The notes under the pieces: generated by a model
What the model saw: only the letters and a program-made list of their open reading frames with translations
What the model was told of the DNA's origin: nothing
Database searches by the model: none
Made by a program: the position numbers and the translations under genes
Part shown: piece after piece, positions 51,031 through 64,000 of the stretch
Layout of the letters: each line of letters opens with the position of its first letter
How positions within the stretch are numbered: the stretch's first letter is position 1
Assembly (NCBI GenBank): GCA_051362555.1
Contig: CM120649.1
Span: 248,001-312,000, forward strand
Reading direction: 5' to 3'
Origin: Lingula anatina
Taxonomy: Eukaryota; Animalia; Brachiopoda
DNA length: 64,000 nucleotides

Positions 51031-54000
51031 GGGCCCAGAAGACCACGCTGACCGGAAAGAATAAAAAATAGAAAGCAATTATTTCACGTATTTAAATCGA
51101 ACATGTTCAACGTTAACTAATCGGTGTCCTGAAAACTGATAGCGAACTTCCTTTAAATAGAAGATTATAGATTTCTTTTGAAATGTTTTTATACGCAAGG
51201 AAAATCAAGATTCATTTCATCCAGTACATATGAAATTTCTTGTGACGTACGTTTATTACCCTGGTGTTCTGAAAGCCGCGCTAATCGACGAAATACAGGA
51301 TTTAAAATAAAAACAGGGGCTGAATAACACATAAACAATTATTAAAAGAACCAGATATCAATCACAGATTACACGTGACTCATTCAAACTTAATACTTAT
51401 TTTCCTTTGGGAAATATATTCAGCGCACTCTATGTCAGTTTCCGGTAGACGGCAATCTAATCAGGGGTTTGGTCCCACTACAAGGGCCACTTGCTTTCAG
51501 TAATCAGTACTTTCCGTTTCTTAATGCATTGAGTTTTTGGACAGCGTCCCGGGTTTCATGCCAAGCCAAGGCACTGCTGGGGAGTAAAAATGGACTGAAA
51601 TGTAATAACAGCCAATTATCTTATCTTTTTCAATACATTAAGCAAAAAGGAACCGCTGCAGTGATTGAATGTCTTGACAGAATATTGTTTCGTTTATTGA
51701 CGCCAAGATATATCCATGTGCCTTTTCTTATTTTAAAAAACATAAAAGTTACTAAAAAAAAACCAATGCAAAACACGGACCTTTTAATAGAGGAACATAT
51801 AAATATACGATTTCATGGAGAAAATCAGTTTTCATTCAAAAAGGTTAAAACGACCAGTTTCAGATGTCATATGCCTCATCGTTCAGATTTCAACAGTTTT
51901 AAGGTTTCTATTATGTAGAAACACGGTATTACACCAGTTTATTCACACTAAACGAGATCGGCCTTAGCCAAAACGTGCTATCGACATGTTTCATTATTAA
52001 TGCAATATTTCGATTTTCGAACTGCAATTATGGCAACACAATAAAAAGGAGAGTGAGAAAAAAACGTATCCACACAATAAAAATCTTATTAAACTCCATA
52101 TTAATAGTTACAACATTGAGGTTAATGACACATCAAATATGAAATGAAAGGCCTTAAGATGAACAATTCACTTAATTTACCCTGGGTACCGTCTTGGTGT
52201 TAATGAACCACCCCACATATATTGTTTCAATAAATGAGGCTTGCAAGCGTTTATTAATCCCAATGCGGAAAGGCCGTCATATTTCCAAGAAGGGTGGGGT
52301 TGCGCATGCGCATGTTAAATCATCGTCAACTTTGTAATAGGTATATAAATCAGTCACCTTGTGTAGCTTCATTTCCGACTTGTGGCTTGTCAATTTTTGT
52401 TATAACATACAGTGAATCGGTATATCACACAAAGTTTAAGTGGCATATCCCAAAGACCTCGCGAGAAAAGCCATTAGGTAGACATTCACTTTCAAAGTGC
52501 ACGTTGACTGGGACGCCGCTCGAAAGGTAAGACAAATTGTTGAGATAAAAATATGAATGTTGAACCTTGAGAAATTGTTGATAATTATTTTCTTTTTTTT
52601 AATTAAAATATAAAGTTTAAGCCAGGTGGGAAGGTAAAAGTGGCATGAAGGACAGAAAAGCTTTCTTGTCTTGTTTTTATCATTTTCTTTCTTTTTTCTG
52701 TTACTTACTGTAGAATTTCAGTGGTTTACGAATCTATTGTCGGTACGGGCTGCTGTTGGTTTTACTCTCGCCCGAGTAAAAGACAGAGTGTTGGTGTATT
52801 TCATCACTCCTGTCATGTGATACTATTTTTTGTTGCATATCTGTAGTAGTTATTAATGTTTCCTTGTCTAATATACATCTTTTAGTAACATGTAGCATTT
52901 TATTTTATTTTCCTTGTCCGATATCTCAAAACCATTTTTAAAAACTAAAATTAAATAGGAATAATGACAGGAACAGTTTTGACAGAACCAATTTGAGAAA
53001 ATTTCATTTTCTAATTTCATCCATATCATTGGTTTCCCTCTGCGAAATCCAGTCACAATATGGTCTTCCAAAACACCATCCCGTTCAGCAAGTACAAAGA
53101 TCCAATCAGACAACATTTGCTTAAAAACAAGTCTACGTGGACCAAATGTCATTGCAAAAATTGACCTTGGTCGATTTGAGGATTTCCGAACATGTAAATG
53201 TCTCTGAAGTCTCAAATGCGTCAAAAGAAATGCTTCAAACGAATTCAGGGAATAGCAGTCCCACAGTTTACCGTTTTGAAGTGCCACTTCCATGCTAAGT
53301 GAAAAATAATAGGTATCCCAAGAGCGAAAATATTGCCAGCGCTACCTCAGCTGCACCATAGGCAGAGCCGCCAACTGTATCGCTTTAAATGCTTCAGTCA
53401 CTTGGGTAACGGCCTATTGTGACACTGATAACTTCAATAAATTCCCAGTGTCATCATTTGACCTCTGAGCATTGATTAAATAAGTGATCTAGTTGTCCAC
53501 TGTGTTTTCCATTTACGTTATCGTGTTCTAATTTTTAAAGAAATACATTCTGGCTTTTTGCGCATGATTAGGATGACCTTGTCACAAATATACAAAATTG
53601 CAACGAGCTAGCAATAAAGATAAACGTTTTTACCTAGACATTTCTTTTTTAATTTTTTAAAAGTGAATTCAAGATAACTTTTTCACCTATGGAAATGCCA
53701 ACATGGGAGCAGGTTAAAACCTGAGACCAAGAGAAAGAGGGAGGGAGAGAGGGAGAGAGAGATGCACATTTTTGCCTAGTATATATTTACATGTAGCCTG
53801 TCATGTAAACGTCCCAGGAGTAGCGCTATTCTGTTTCAAGAACAGACGTGATAAAAGTGCATGAGTACGAATTCAATAAATGAAGGAAAAAAGAAGAAAA
53901 AGAAGATCTGTTTGTTATCGCCAACTTAAAATGTTCCACCAAGAAAGAGCAAGCGCTTATCATGATCTTGATATCATTTATCAGCAGTGTAACCAACTGG

Positions 54001-56341
54001 CACGGTGGATGTCTTAACTACATCAGTTACTGCCGATAATCTCGTCAGCCTAGCAAGCAGACTGCTTGTCTAAAACGAGTTACCGCCAAAAACCCTTTGG
54101 GACTTGCCATTCAAAGTATAACACAATGAAATTAACGTAACATTAAAAGGTTTCACGGTTAGTGTCTATGAGAGGTGATGACACAGTGGCTGAAATCACG
54201 ACTTGGTGTTACCTCACAAGTGACTTGAAGTCGTGGGCTAAATTGAGTTAAGTCTGCTAAACTTGGGAGTCAGACAAAATAAAGGCGACATTGTGGTATC
54301 GTTCTTTAAGTGCTCCAAAAGAAATGGATCCCCAACATATGTTGTTGATATATATACCTAGGTATGATACCGCTACAAATGTGAGATACATTAACTGTCC
54401 CGGCAATTAAGTTCTGTTGTATTGACTTGGTCTAAAGAGCATTAAAAAGAGGAAAACAGCATTTCATATTTTGTTGTTAAACTTACTTTGGCTCAGATTC
54501 TTAACTCGCTTACCTAACCTAAGAAAAACTTTAGACAAGAATTTGGCTCCTGCAGAATTATGCCTCTACAAACATACGAGTATCCACTCAACCTTACACT
54601 TGTACTTAATCAGGCTTGGTGAATATAAAGATTGTCATAAGAAAATTCAGAAATATATTTGTTTCTGTTAACAAAGTAAGTTCCCTCTCTCACACACTGG
54701 TAACCCCGACAAACGTCATCAGTTTCCATACGGGTTTGCAGCTGTATAGAGCAGACAACGCTCTTAGAAATGCCTCGTGCCTAGGAACGGCTCACACGCG
54801 AGGTTCCTTTTGAGATTCGTTTACCCAACTGCTAACCTCAGGCAAAAACACTAATCGTATTTTATGTGCACAAGAATCTGTTCAATGTACTCTCTGGTTC
54901 TGAGTCTGTCTCATCCCTGCTGTTCTTGAAGGAAACACAGGTTAGTGCAGTGGTTGGGACTGAAATTTTTAGGCATAAATATTCCAAATAGATATAAAAA
55001 AGATGTACCATTAAGTAAGCCGACGGGAACAGCATTGCTCTGTCCTTTTTTCATAAAAGAGATCGGATGTGGGTTTCAAAACAGTCTGCTAAGAAATCAA
55101 ATCAACAGTTTTTCTTGAGAAAGAACTTACTCGTAGTTTATAGTGTCTTTTAAGGAGGGAATGAACATTTATGCAGATATTAAGGGATGTCCAGCTGGTA
55201 TGAGATTGTTTTTGGTGGTATCCCAAAGGTTTGGAGACAAAGGAGCCAATGGGACTGTTTCAGTGAGCAAAGTGCATCGAAAAAAAAAAAGAAATAAAAA
55301 CATCCCAATGTTGATAAAAAGTTAATCTTTGTAACAAAGAGACGAAAGCTATGGCGTTTCACCACCTCCATACCAGAGACATCGAGGAACATATTTCACA
55401 ATTTCGTAATGGCCACCTGTAATAATTCCTTGTCTGTCATCAGTTTTAAGGCTAGTTTATTTTCATTACCATCTTTGCACCGATAATTCAGTTGCTTCTT
55501 GTCTTTTCAGGTAAAACACAGAAGGCGATATAAGTGCCTGTCGGAGGGAGATCTTATAGTTTTTGTAACAAAGTCATTTTTTATTTCCAGATATAACGAA
55601 CACAAAAGTACAGTATGCAGTGGAATAATCTGGTAATACCTATAGTATGTTGTTTGATCGCCATCGTAACAAGGTTTGTACAATACGGCTTTCATTCATT
55701 TTCCTTAACATTTGGTTATATTTTTTCTGTTTAAATTCCGGCAGTTCTTCTTCCGTCAGTTAAATACAATGTTTGAATTATACCACTGAGTAAGCATTAA
55801 AATGGTGGTGAACTTTGATTAAACCCTCGTAAGTCTACATTTAGTGGCCATTAAGTTCAAGGTAGCTATACTGAAAGTGCAGTTATTATGGCAAAATATT
55901 TATTAAATATATCTTATTAAAAACACACGTGTGTCTTATCACGCTAGCTGTAGCACCTCGGGTACGCAGCACCTTTCTCTTAGGCTATTTCATCATCATC
56001 ACATATGATCCAACATTACGTAGGACGAGCTCCTACATGTATTTTCTTCAGTAGGCTTTTAGAGCTAATTATCAAGTGCTTAGCTATACAAAACGGAGTA
56101 ATAATCAAAGTATAGCACACTGCATGTCCTAAAACAGCTGAGTGATTTAAAGGTACATTTTATTATATTTCTAGCAACGATCATGTAAGTTTACGGGTTC
56201 CGGGGGGATGTGAATTGAATATTACTGCCCTGTGTAGTTTAATTCCCATAAAAGTGTTTCGGTATCCAGTATACACAGACCTTGCAATAATTAAAATAAG
56301 GCTCTTCAGTAACATCATCATTATTATTATTATTATTACAG

Positions 56342-57035
56342 AGTAAACAGTCTTGATGACTCCAAAAAGAAGGTAGTAGAAAGACGTGACCTGGATACTC
56401 TGGGGTCGTCATTGCTCCGGAAACGCACTATGCTGGATACTGTGGGCAGTGACCTTCTGAAGAAGAGCTCAGAGGACAAGAGGACAGTGGACACCCTGGA
56501 CTCTAGCTTCCTAAGGAAACGCATGCTAGATTCCCTAGGAAGTAACCTCCTTCGTAAAAGGATGTTGGATTCTCTCGGCAGCAACCTCCTCCGAAAGCGC
56601 ATGCTTGATACCCTCGGGAGCGCGTTCATTAAGAAGTCTATTCCAAACCACGGTGACGTTGAGATGTTCGACGAACGCGCCCTTGATGAAATCGCCAGTA
56701 ACTTAATCGGACGCCGAGCCCTTGACGAGATTGCCTCCAGCATGTTTGGACGCCGAGCTTTGGACGAGATAGCAAGCTCGATGTTTGGTCGGGAGGTTAA
56801 GGACCTGAAGCCCAGTCAGCGACGCGAGTTGGACGAAATCGCCAGCAGGATGTTTGGACGACGTGCGTTAGACGAGATTGCTTCGAGTATGTTTGGACGA
56901 GCGTTGGATGAAATCGCGTCAAGTATGTTTGGACGGGAAGCGGGAAAGAACAGAAAGCAGGAAGATGAAGAAGGATTCAAAGCAACCCGTAATCGTCTGC
57001 AACAGACGCCACCAATGGAAGAGGAACGCAGCTAG
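56342..57035 (+). CDS. Main exon of a LASGLVamide-like (pedal peptide/orcokinin-type) neuropeptide precursor (~253 aa with the 40337 exon)
   Basis: Acceptor ttacag at 56341. Six basic-site-flanked non-amidated peptides (DLDTLGSSLL, TMLDTVGSDLL, TVDTLDSSFL, MLDSLGSNLL x2, MLDTLGSAFI) and six Gly-extended peptides (ALDEIASNLI-G, ALDEIASSMF-G x4, ELDEIASRMF-G). AATAAA at 57191. Confidence 0.9.
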
Positions 57036-60000
57036 GCAAAGAATGGAACAATGGCATAGTAATCTGCAATACATTTCCGAAATCTAAAATTAACTTATTT
57101 TTGTAACATGCGGGAAAAATTATCTGATTTTAAACTTTCATCATTCCGGCGTATCGTGACATACGCAAGCATGCGTGCAATGAAAATCTAAATAAATTAT
57201 GAAAATTTGATCTCAAAGGGTGTAAGTACTAGGAATAGAAGTAACGGAGGTGATGCTTTTTGGCAATCATATCAGATAAGTAAAACCTTAAGATAAGTAT
57301 TAGAATAATAAGAATATATTCAGGATATGAATGAGAACAACTAACATCACTTATACCATAAGTAAGTTAACTTTTAGACACAAAAATATAAGTAAGCTTT
57401 CGTCGATGTGATCTCTGTTGCTTTACATGCTATATATGCGATACTTCCTTAATTGTTTTTATGGATGACTTCTTTTAGATAGTAAATTTAGAATAGCTCC
57501 CGCTTAAATACCTAATGGCGTCTTTCTTAGTGTAAATTCAATGTACCAATCGAAAATGGTAAGCTTGTTTTTGATTCCTCATCCTACTGGCGGATCATTG
57601 GAGAAAGTAATAGAGGTTTGGACGGTATCGGATGGGGAAGCAAATGGACAAAACATTTTTCGCAACATTTCGATTCGATTTCCTTCAAGAAAAAAGGGAG
57701 AAGCGTTTACGGTATCAAGAATTACCCCAGCATCCAGACACTCTAGATTATACATGTATTGCCAAGCTTCTTGTCAGCTCATGTTCCACAGTTGTCTCCA
57801 TAGCTGAATTGCATATGTTATTTTTTTTCCAATTTTTATTCAAAGAATTAAAATAAACGATATCACTCTGTGATTCCGAGGGAGTTGGCGTACCCCAGCG
57901 GTTTCGGCATTTTAGACAATGATTTTTAGAACATAATTTAATGTTCTCATGTTCGTCCGAACAGTTACTTAAGTATGTGTATATTGGGAGTATTCCCTTA
58001 CAAGTAGCGCTTCACATTTCCTTCAAAAACTTGGAACTAATTACAAGATAATAATATATGCATTAATGGCATGTTGTAAATGGAAAAATGTCCTTGGATT
58101 TTTGTAGAATATTAGTTAGATGAACTAGGAGGAAAGATAACGACACGGACAATAAACTTTACTACTTCATTGTCTTCTCTCGCCGAAACTCACAAACGAC
58201 AATTTTCATTTATAAATTCCAGTTTTGTTTAAATTAATTGTATAAAGAAAGGTATATTGGACACACCATAAATTGAGGAAACACACCATTATTAGATACT
58301 GTTTCCGGCAACCGGCTCACGTCGCAAAAGTGACACGATGACGTAATACCTATTGGCAGCCATTATGTTGCCATAGATTTCGGCGTTAACAAAACAGCAA
58401 ATCGGAAATTTTACACAGTCATGTACAGAAAAGTAAATCAACCAGACATAGAACAACGATCATCAGCGGGAGATAGCCCCCGGCATTTCCTAGCTATATC
58501 CAAACCTACATGTATTTTGTCTTACAAAGGAACGATTTTGATAGTCAAGCAAAGCTTCTGTAGTTCTTTTTTTTCCGATACTTAAACACTTGTTTAATGG
58601 ATTTCCTCTGCTTTATAGACATTCGTCATTTACTTAGTTTTACGTCTAATACTGGTCAAACGTATGTACTTGGTAAGGCTTCCAAAGTACACCCAGATCA
58701 AATCAATATGCAGGCGTTAGAATCCTTTTTTTTTTCACGATAATTGAACAGCGCACCTTTGTAGAAGGCAAGACCAAGAACGCAACATTTGCAAATTAGG
58801 TCTAACCTTAGATAATTTATCTGGTAAGGGATGGGATATTGTTCTTTGTCATTTTAAGTTATTAATACTACTGTATTCATTAACGCTTGTCGCGTATTGT
58901 TTGATTATTAATAAAGGCGATTGCTTATTGCGTTTGACAAATGGTTTGATAGGATGAGATGAATTCATTGCCAGTAGCTTAACTGATACTCAAGAGACAT
59001 ATAAGAACACAGAGTTTATCTCAATTGGGAGATATTTGGGAAAAAATCTAAAAATGATATCAAGATTTATATTTACACTTAAAGAACATCATAAAACTAA
59101 TATTATTTCAATTACATATTGCTTGCTGTATTTCGAATATTACGAATTATTAAATTGCGATTGAAACCACTGTGACAATTCGAAAAAAAAGTTGGTCTAA
59201 CTTTGACGTAAGTCATGAACCAACAGTGTCTCCTAATTATTCAAGTAAACATTTTGAGAGGAATGCACAATGGGGTATGTTTGGTTAATTTTACCACCCA
59301 AAAATTTGGGTTTACAATAAAGAAAATGACGTTGTTCCTGGTGATATATTTGTTTTATCTTCTTGATTAGATTACAACTCTTCTAGCTTGTCAAAGAATG
59401 TCAGAATAGCGGCAATAAGATATATGTGTCAGGTCAAGCTAATGATGTGGCAATATAACAAAGTATTATTATAAGTTTTGAATCTAAAAACCATTTATAA
59501 TTTGCTAGACGCAATACGCCTCACTATCAAACCTAACTGTTCCTTGCATTGTATTTCTTCTAGTTGCGGACAAGACAATTTTTGAATAAAGCAGCACAGT
59601 GAACTTTAAAGATAAAATATCCGACTTGTTGTTGAGAATGTTCAGTGGCAGATTTGGGGGAGGGGGGGTCAGAGGAGTCCTGACGCCCCCCCCCCCCCTT
59701 CGATTTTTGAAAAAAAATCACACCAATGTTCCCCTCTTGAAATAAGAATTTGACTAGCAAAATCATAATTCTAAATACCAAGGGGCGCCGTTCGCCCTCT
59801 AAACACCATTTTTTTCGGGGCCCTTCGGTGACCCCTGAATGTCGACTGTACCTTGCTGAAGTGAAGTCGTTCTTATTTCTGCATCTCAATGTTTTAAACC
59901 AAATTTAAATCAATTTTTAAAAAGGCTTAAAAGATGAAAATATTCAAATGTATCATTATGCCTTATAACTTAACGATGAACATATTCAAGTTGATCATAA

Positions 60001-60042
60001 TGTTTAATAAAACACATTATACTTCTGTCCCAAAAGAAAACC

Positions 60043-60174
60043 TACCCTCTACCAGGGCGACATTGATTTTTCACAAGATATTTACAGATATGCCTTTAGG
60101 TAAATAGACATTCATTTCATTCTCTGGCTTTTTCAAATTTTCCCCCATAAAATCTGCCACCCTGGTAGAGGGTA
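60043..60174. mobile_element. Short MITE-like element; degenerate homolog at ~50497-50625
   Basis: IR taccctctaccaggg / ccctggtagagggta; the interior attgatttttcacaagatatttacagat..taaatagac matches the 50.5-kb copy. Confidence 0.6.
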
Positions 60175-61213
60175 AAGAAACCCCATGTTTCATCCAAGTC
60201 GTTCCAACCCCGTGAACAATTGTCGATGTAGACAGCAAACACGTGCTAACATGACGGTGTGAATTATTTCTTTATTAATGAGGAATATCTGTTTGATCGA
60301 CATTCCGACAAGAAATTAATACATTCTCTGGAGATATTCATGTGAATGGTGCCAATCGGTGGATAATTATCAACTCGTTAATCCGTTGTTTATTTTGGGT
60401 TGCACAACACCATAGGCCCCATTCCCACACACTCCATCAGTCTGCTAGATCGATCCAACTTCGCGGGGACTCTTGCTGAATGCAATCAGTTTAACAGACT
60501 AGTTTCCTACTGGCGTAAAGTCAAATACATTAACGCTGGTGATTATAAGAGTACGTGGGTAACAAGAGGAGTCGTGTCATTTATTTAAACTGACTGCGCT
60601 CAGCGAGAGTCCCAGCAAAGAAGTGTCTATCTATTTAGAAAGGTGTCTTCAAATGGGCTCATGGACACATACATGTGATCGTCTCAACGCGGCACATGGC
60701 TGGCAACGCGATGTATGCTAGTGTCTTTATAAATATATTCACTAAAGCATGGTACGATTTATTTAAAGCATAAAAAAGTCAATATGACAATACTTTTCCT
60801 CTGTAAGATTTCCATCTGTCATGACAAATGGATCATAATTAAGATCAAAATCAAGCTCTGCTCATGACCAAGAACTGTTTTATGCAAAACTGGGTTTATT
60901 CATGTCACGCTTGAGTAAATATTAAACCACTGTAATACATAAAATATGGAGCTCTGTTCGTAGATCCATTATTTGGCTCTAAGGGGTAGGCGCAGTAGGA
61001 TAAAGACATTTTATTTGAATTACAACAGTAGACGATAGCAATTCAACTATGAGTATAATATATAAGCACAGGGAAGTAGAAATAGCGAAGTGTTGTCTGG
61101 CTATGCTGTTTTGGGGTAAGGGGTAGTAGGTAGGTGGTAGTGGAGCACCGTAAGTAGCGGGAAATGTCTCTTGTGCACTCTCGTAGATCAGACATTGGTA
61201 GTGTAAGTAGGAC

Positions 61214-61972
61214 CTAAACATCACTATAGGCCAGTTCCTCGTCTGGTTCAGGCGTTATAAACTCTTTCACCACGGCAACCGGGATACGGAACGCCACCCG
61301 TCTCTTTTCTTTCTTGGATGATTCAGCAGCGTTTTTCTCATGGGATATGTCATGGGACCGGACCGTCTTGTCCCAGTTGAGTTTGTTCCGTTGGTCCAGA
61401 ACCTCAATGGGCTCATAGTCTGTCCCATGGCGCGCCATACCAGTGCCCGCATGAAGGCGCCCGGACCTGTGAGAAACCAGAATTCCATGGCGATGTCGAC
61501 CTCCCCCACAACCGTCTGCTTTATTCTCCGCAGGAGGTCCATCGACAGTTGAGAGCTGGCTATTAAAAACATCGTTGGGATTCACAGGCTTAATGCGCGA
61601 GTGAATCGGTGAAATGTAGAAACTGCACTGTCTTTCGCGCATGCGCTGTTTCCGCGTTGACCACGTGGCTGGATCGCTCTCCTCCGACTGGTCAGAACGC
61701 TTCCCCCATATTTTCTCCTTTTCTTTCTCGCGCAGAGTATGGACGTCGTATTTGCCGGAAAAACTCATCTTTTTGAGTCTGTTAATGGCAAACATCATAT
61801 TATCGTGCTCCTGTTGAATAAGACTCTGTCTCATTTTTCCGACGGAGTCGAGGTACTCCTTTTGGCGTTCGTGGACTCGGTTGTAAGCATCTAACCAGTC
61901 CGGTTGCCGAGTACGAATGGTCTCGTAACGGTCATGTGCGGGTACGGGGGTCTTAGGCCGTTTTGTTGCCAT
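61214..61972 (-). CDS. Uncharacterised basic 252-aa protein; single coding exon
   Basis: Long ORF that is GC-richer than its flanks, a helical/coiled-coil-like N-terminal third, and a strong upstream acceptor tttctttcag at 62067-62068 (5'UTR intron). No recognisable family. Confidence 0.7.
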   Translation of the reverse strand: MATKRPKTPVPAHDRYETIRTRQPDWLDAYNRVHERQKEYLDSVGKMRQSLIQQEHDNMMFAINRLKKMSFSGKYDVHTLREKEKEKIWGKRSDQSEESDPATWSTRKQRMRERQCSFYISPIHSRIKPVNPNDVFNSQLSTVDGPPAENKADGCGGGRHRHGILVSHRSGRLHAGTGMARHGTDYEPIEVLDQRNKLNWDKTVRSHDISHEKNAAESSKKEKRRVAFRIPVAVVKEFITPEPDEELAYSDV

Positions 61973-64000
61973 ATAGTTTCTATTGAGTTTGGCAGTGTTT
62001 CAAATTAAGTCTAGTTGGTTGACATTTCTATTGTGACAAAGCTACGAAAACGAAAAGAAACGCTTCCTGAAAGAAAAAACGTAGACATGATTTCAGATAT
62101 TTTTTGTCAATTGTCTTGAGAATTTTCATTTTGTGCATACATGTACATGTGCACAACATTTAACTTTTCCCTTTGGAACATCGTTTGTCTTTTTAATGGC
62201 CATAGCCTTATGTAAGAAATAAACGATGGTTTTATCATTTTTTTTAAGTTTCTTAAAATTTGATATACAGAGAAGATCAATATATTTCTTCCATATTAAG
62301 AACAAAGGGGTTCAAACTTTAAAGACACTTACTGTTTCAAACTGATGACATAATCCTTACATCAGATTATTTTGCACTCAGATGTCTTCCTGGCAATTGT
62401 CCACAACTTAAATTTTACCTGCTCAAGTCAATGAAAATCAAATCACTTCGTGGTAAAGATCTTATCTGCGTCGTCTTGGGATTCCCATCAGCGTGAAAAG
62501 CTCAACTCTATCAGTCAAACAAATCTCAGCAGCCAAAATTTGAAAATTTTCCACAGAATGTTTTTAACGCTGGTTACTTTTATATCGTGGTGCTATGCTA
62601 TTTAAACGGTCTGATATTTTCAGTTTACTCCAGAATCTGCTATACAAGGGAATTAATCTCCATATTATGCAATGTAATCGCGTTGTTAAGTACACGTCGT
62701 CATGGAGACCAGATAAAGAATAAAAGACTTTGCCTGTTGGGCTGCTTGCTTTGCTTGCTGTACTGAGAGACACCCTGCGTGTAACACGGTAGATCTGCCA
62801 AGACTTAAATTTTCCTCCCCGTCTTCAAATCAGAAATAAAAGAAGACTACAGTTATAGCGAATGGCAATTAACTTCAAGTATAAATGATCACGATCTTTG
62901 TACCCGGGGTTTGAAGGATACTCATGGCCTATTCAAATAACTGTAGAGAGCTGATAACGAAGAAAAGATCGGTTCAGTTAAGGAGAATGCTGTGTTGATC
63001 ACACATAAAAAAACACCCTGAGTCTAGAGCTCTAGGGTGATTGGCCTGTATAAAAAAATGAAAAAGAATGAAAAATTGTGTTCAGATTGTTTAATAAACC
63101 TATTTACATTTATTTGTCCATATGTACAAGTTTTTTAAAGGCGAGAGAGATAGAAGGGGGGAAGTTAGAGAGGGGGGGGGAGGGACTCTTCGAATTAACT
63201 TCGAATTCCACTGTTGTTCAGATAAAGAAAACGATATCTTTCGAAAACAACATTTCTTTAAATAAAGAGAGAAGTTAACATAATTAAGCTACATAAATAG
63301 GCTTACAAGCATCCCAAAAGTTGACAAGTTAAAATAAGTAAACACAATTATGCTACCTGTATACATGCATCTTAACAGTTGCAAGTTAAATATTCACAGT
63401 TTAAAACGTGTGCAAATATATATCCTCTTCACCTGAACTAGTCTCACCCTCACTGTTGGGTTTGTACACGCAACTTTCAAATAAGGCGACTTGTGACGTC
63501 ATTTAAAACTAAACCAGTCCCAGGTCAATTACGGTTTATGACGCTGTGGGTGATGTTCCAGGTGTAGTTATTGCCATATATAAGCCAGTTTTCCTTTATG
63601 TCGCTTACGGTTTATTAAGTACCACCTGTACACACTACATTCCTTTTACAATCTCATGGTTCTATTACCATTGTCTACACAAAGCGGCCAAAGAATGAGA
63701 AAATACATATTATCTCCCCAACTATTTAATCAATATAAAATAATAAAGCAGATCTATACAACAAACTGTAATTTACATCATCAGCGTCTAATGGTTGAAG
63801 TTCTAAATGTGTGAGATATTTTCCGTCAAACTGGCAGCACCAATGTCATTTTCATAAATGCTATCAACAACGTAACAGTAAGAACCGTCTCTCTGTCCCA
63901 GGGGGATGCCGTGGTCTTTTGAACCGATGTACGAGTAATCATACGTTTTATTTTCTAAATCACCACAGGAAACATGGGGCTCATGCTCGATTTGATTATG

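Noticed and set aside
51469-53293. 149-aa and 141-aa ORFs inside the neuropeptide intron
   Set aside because: No recognisable domain, no dibasic peptide repeats and no convincing splice context; likely chance ORFs or TE debris.
56336-56743. 135-aa minus-strand repetitive ORF
   Set aside because: Antisense shadow of the neuropeptide repeats.

Overview
AT-rich, intron-containing animal genomic DNA, probably a lophotrochozoan such as a mollusc (inferred from the neuropeptide type and the repeat landscape); it is not prokaryotic. From left to right it contains: (1) the 5' nine coding exons of TAF6 (minus strand, running off the left edge); (2) a head-to-head 5-exon gene for a ~241-aa CAP-Gly protein carrying a RITA1/CFAP45-like SYVDETLFG motif; (3) a tandem cluster of two intact, ~94% identical, CDS-intronless type I membrane proteins plus one pseudogene; (4) a repeat-rich region with a 7-copy CRE minisatellite; (5) a LASGLVamide/pedal-peptide-like neuropeptide precursor, reconstructed from a CRE+TATA promoter (~36.5 kb), a signal-peptide exon (40.3 kb) and a peptide exon (56.3 kb); (6) a convergent single-exon 252-aa ORF. 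The ectodomain of the cluster proteins reads as a circularly permuted family-3 periplasmic-binding-protein / iGluR-type ligand-binding clamshell (S2 before S1, then one TM helix, no channel pore). This cluster is the best candidate for an undescribed, possibly horizontally acquired, cell-surface ligand-capture or sensing system. Many TEs are present: a Tc1/mariner with both filled and empty sites in the window, nested PIF/Harbinger MITEs, hAT-like MITEs and LINE 3' remnants. All family assignments come from motif recognition by eye, with no database searches.
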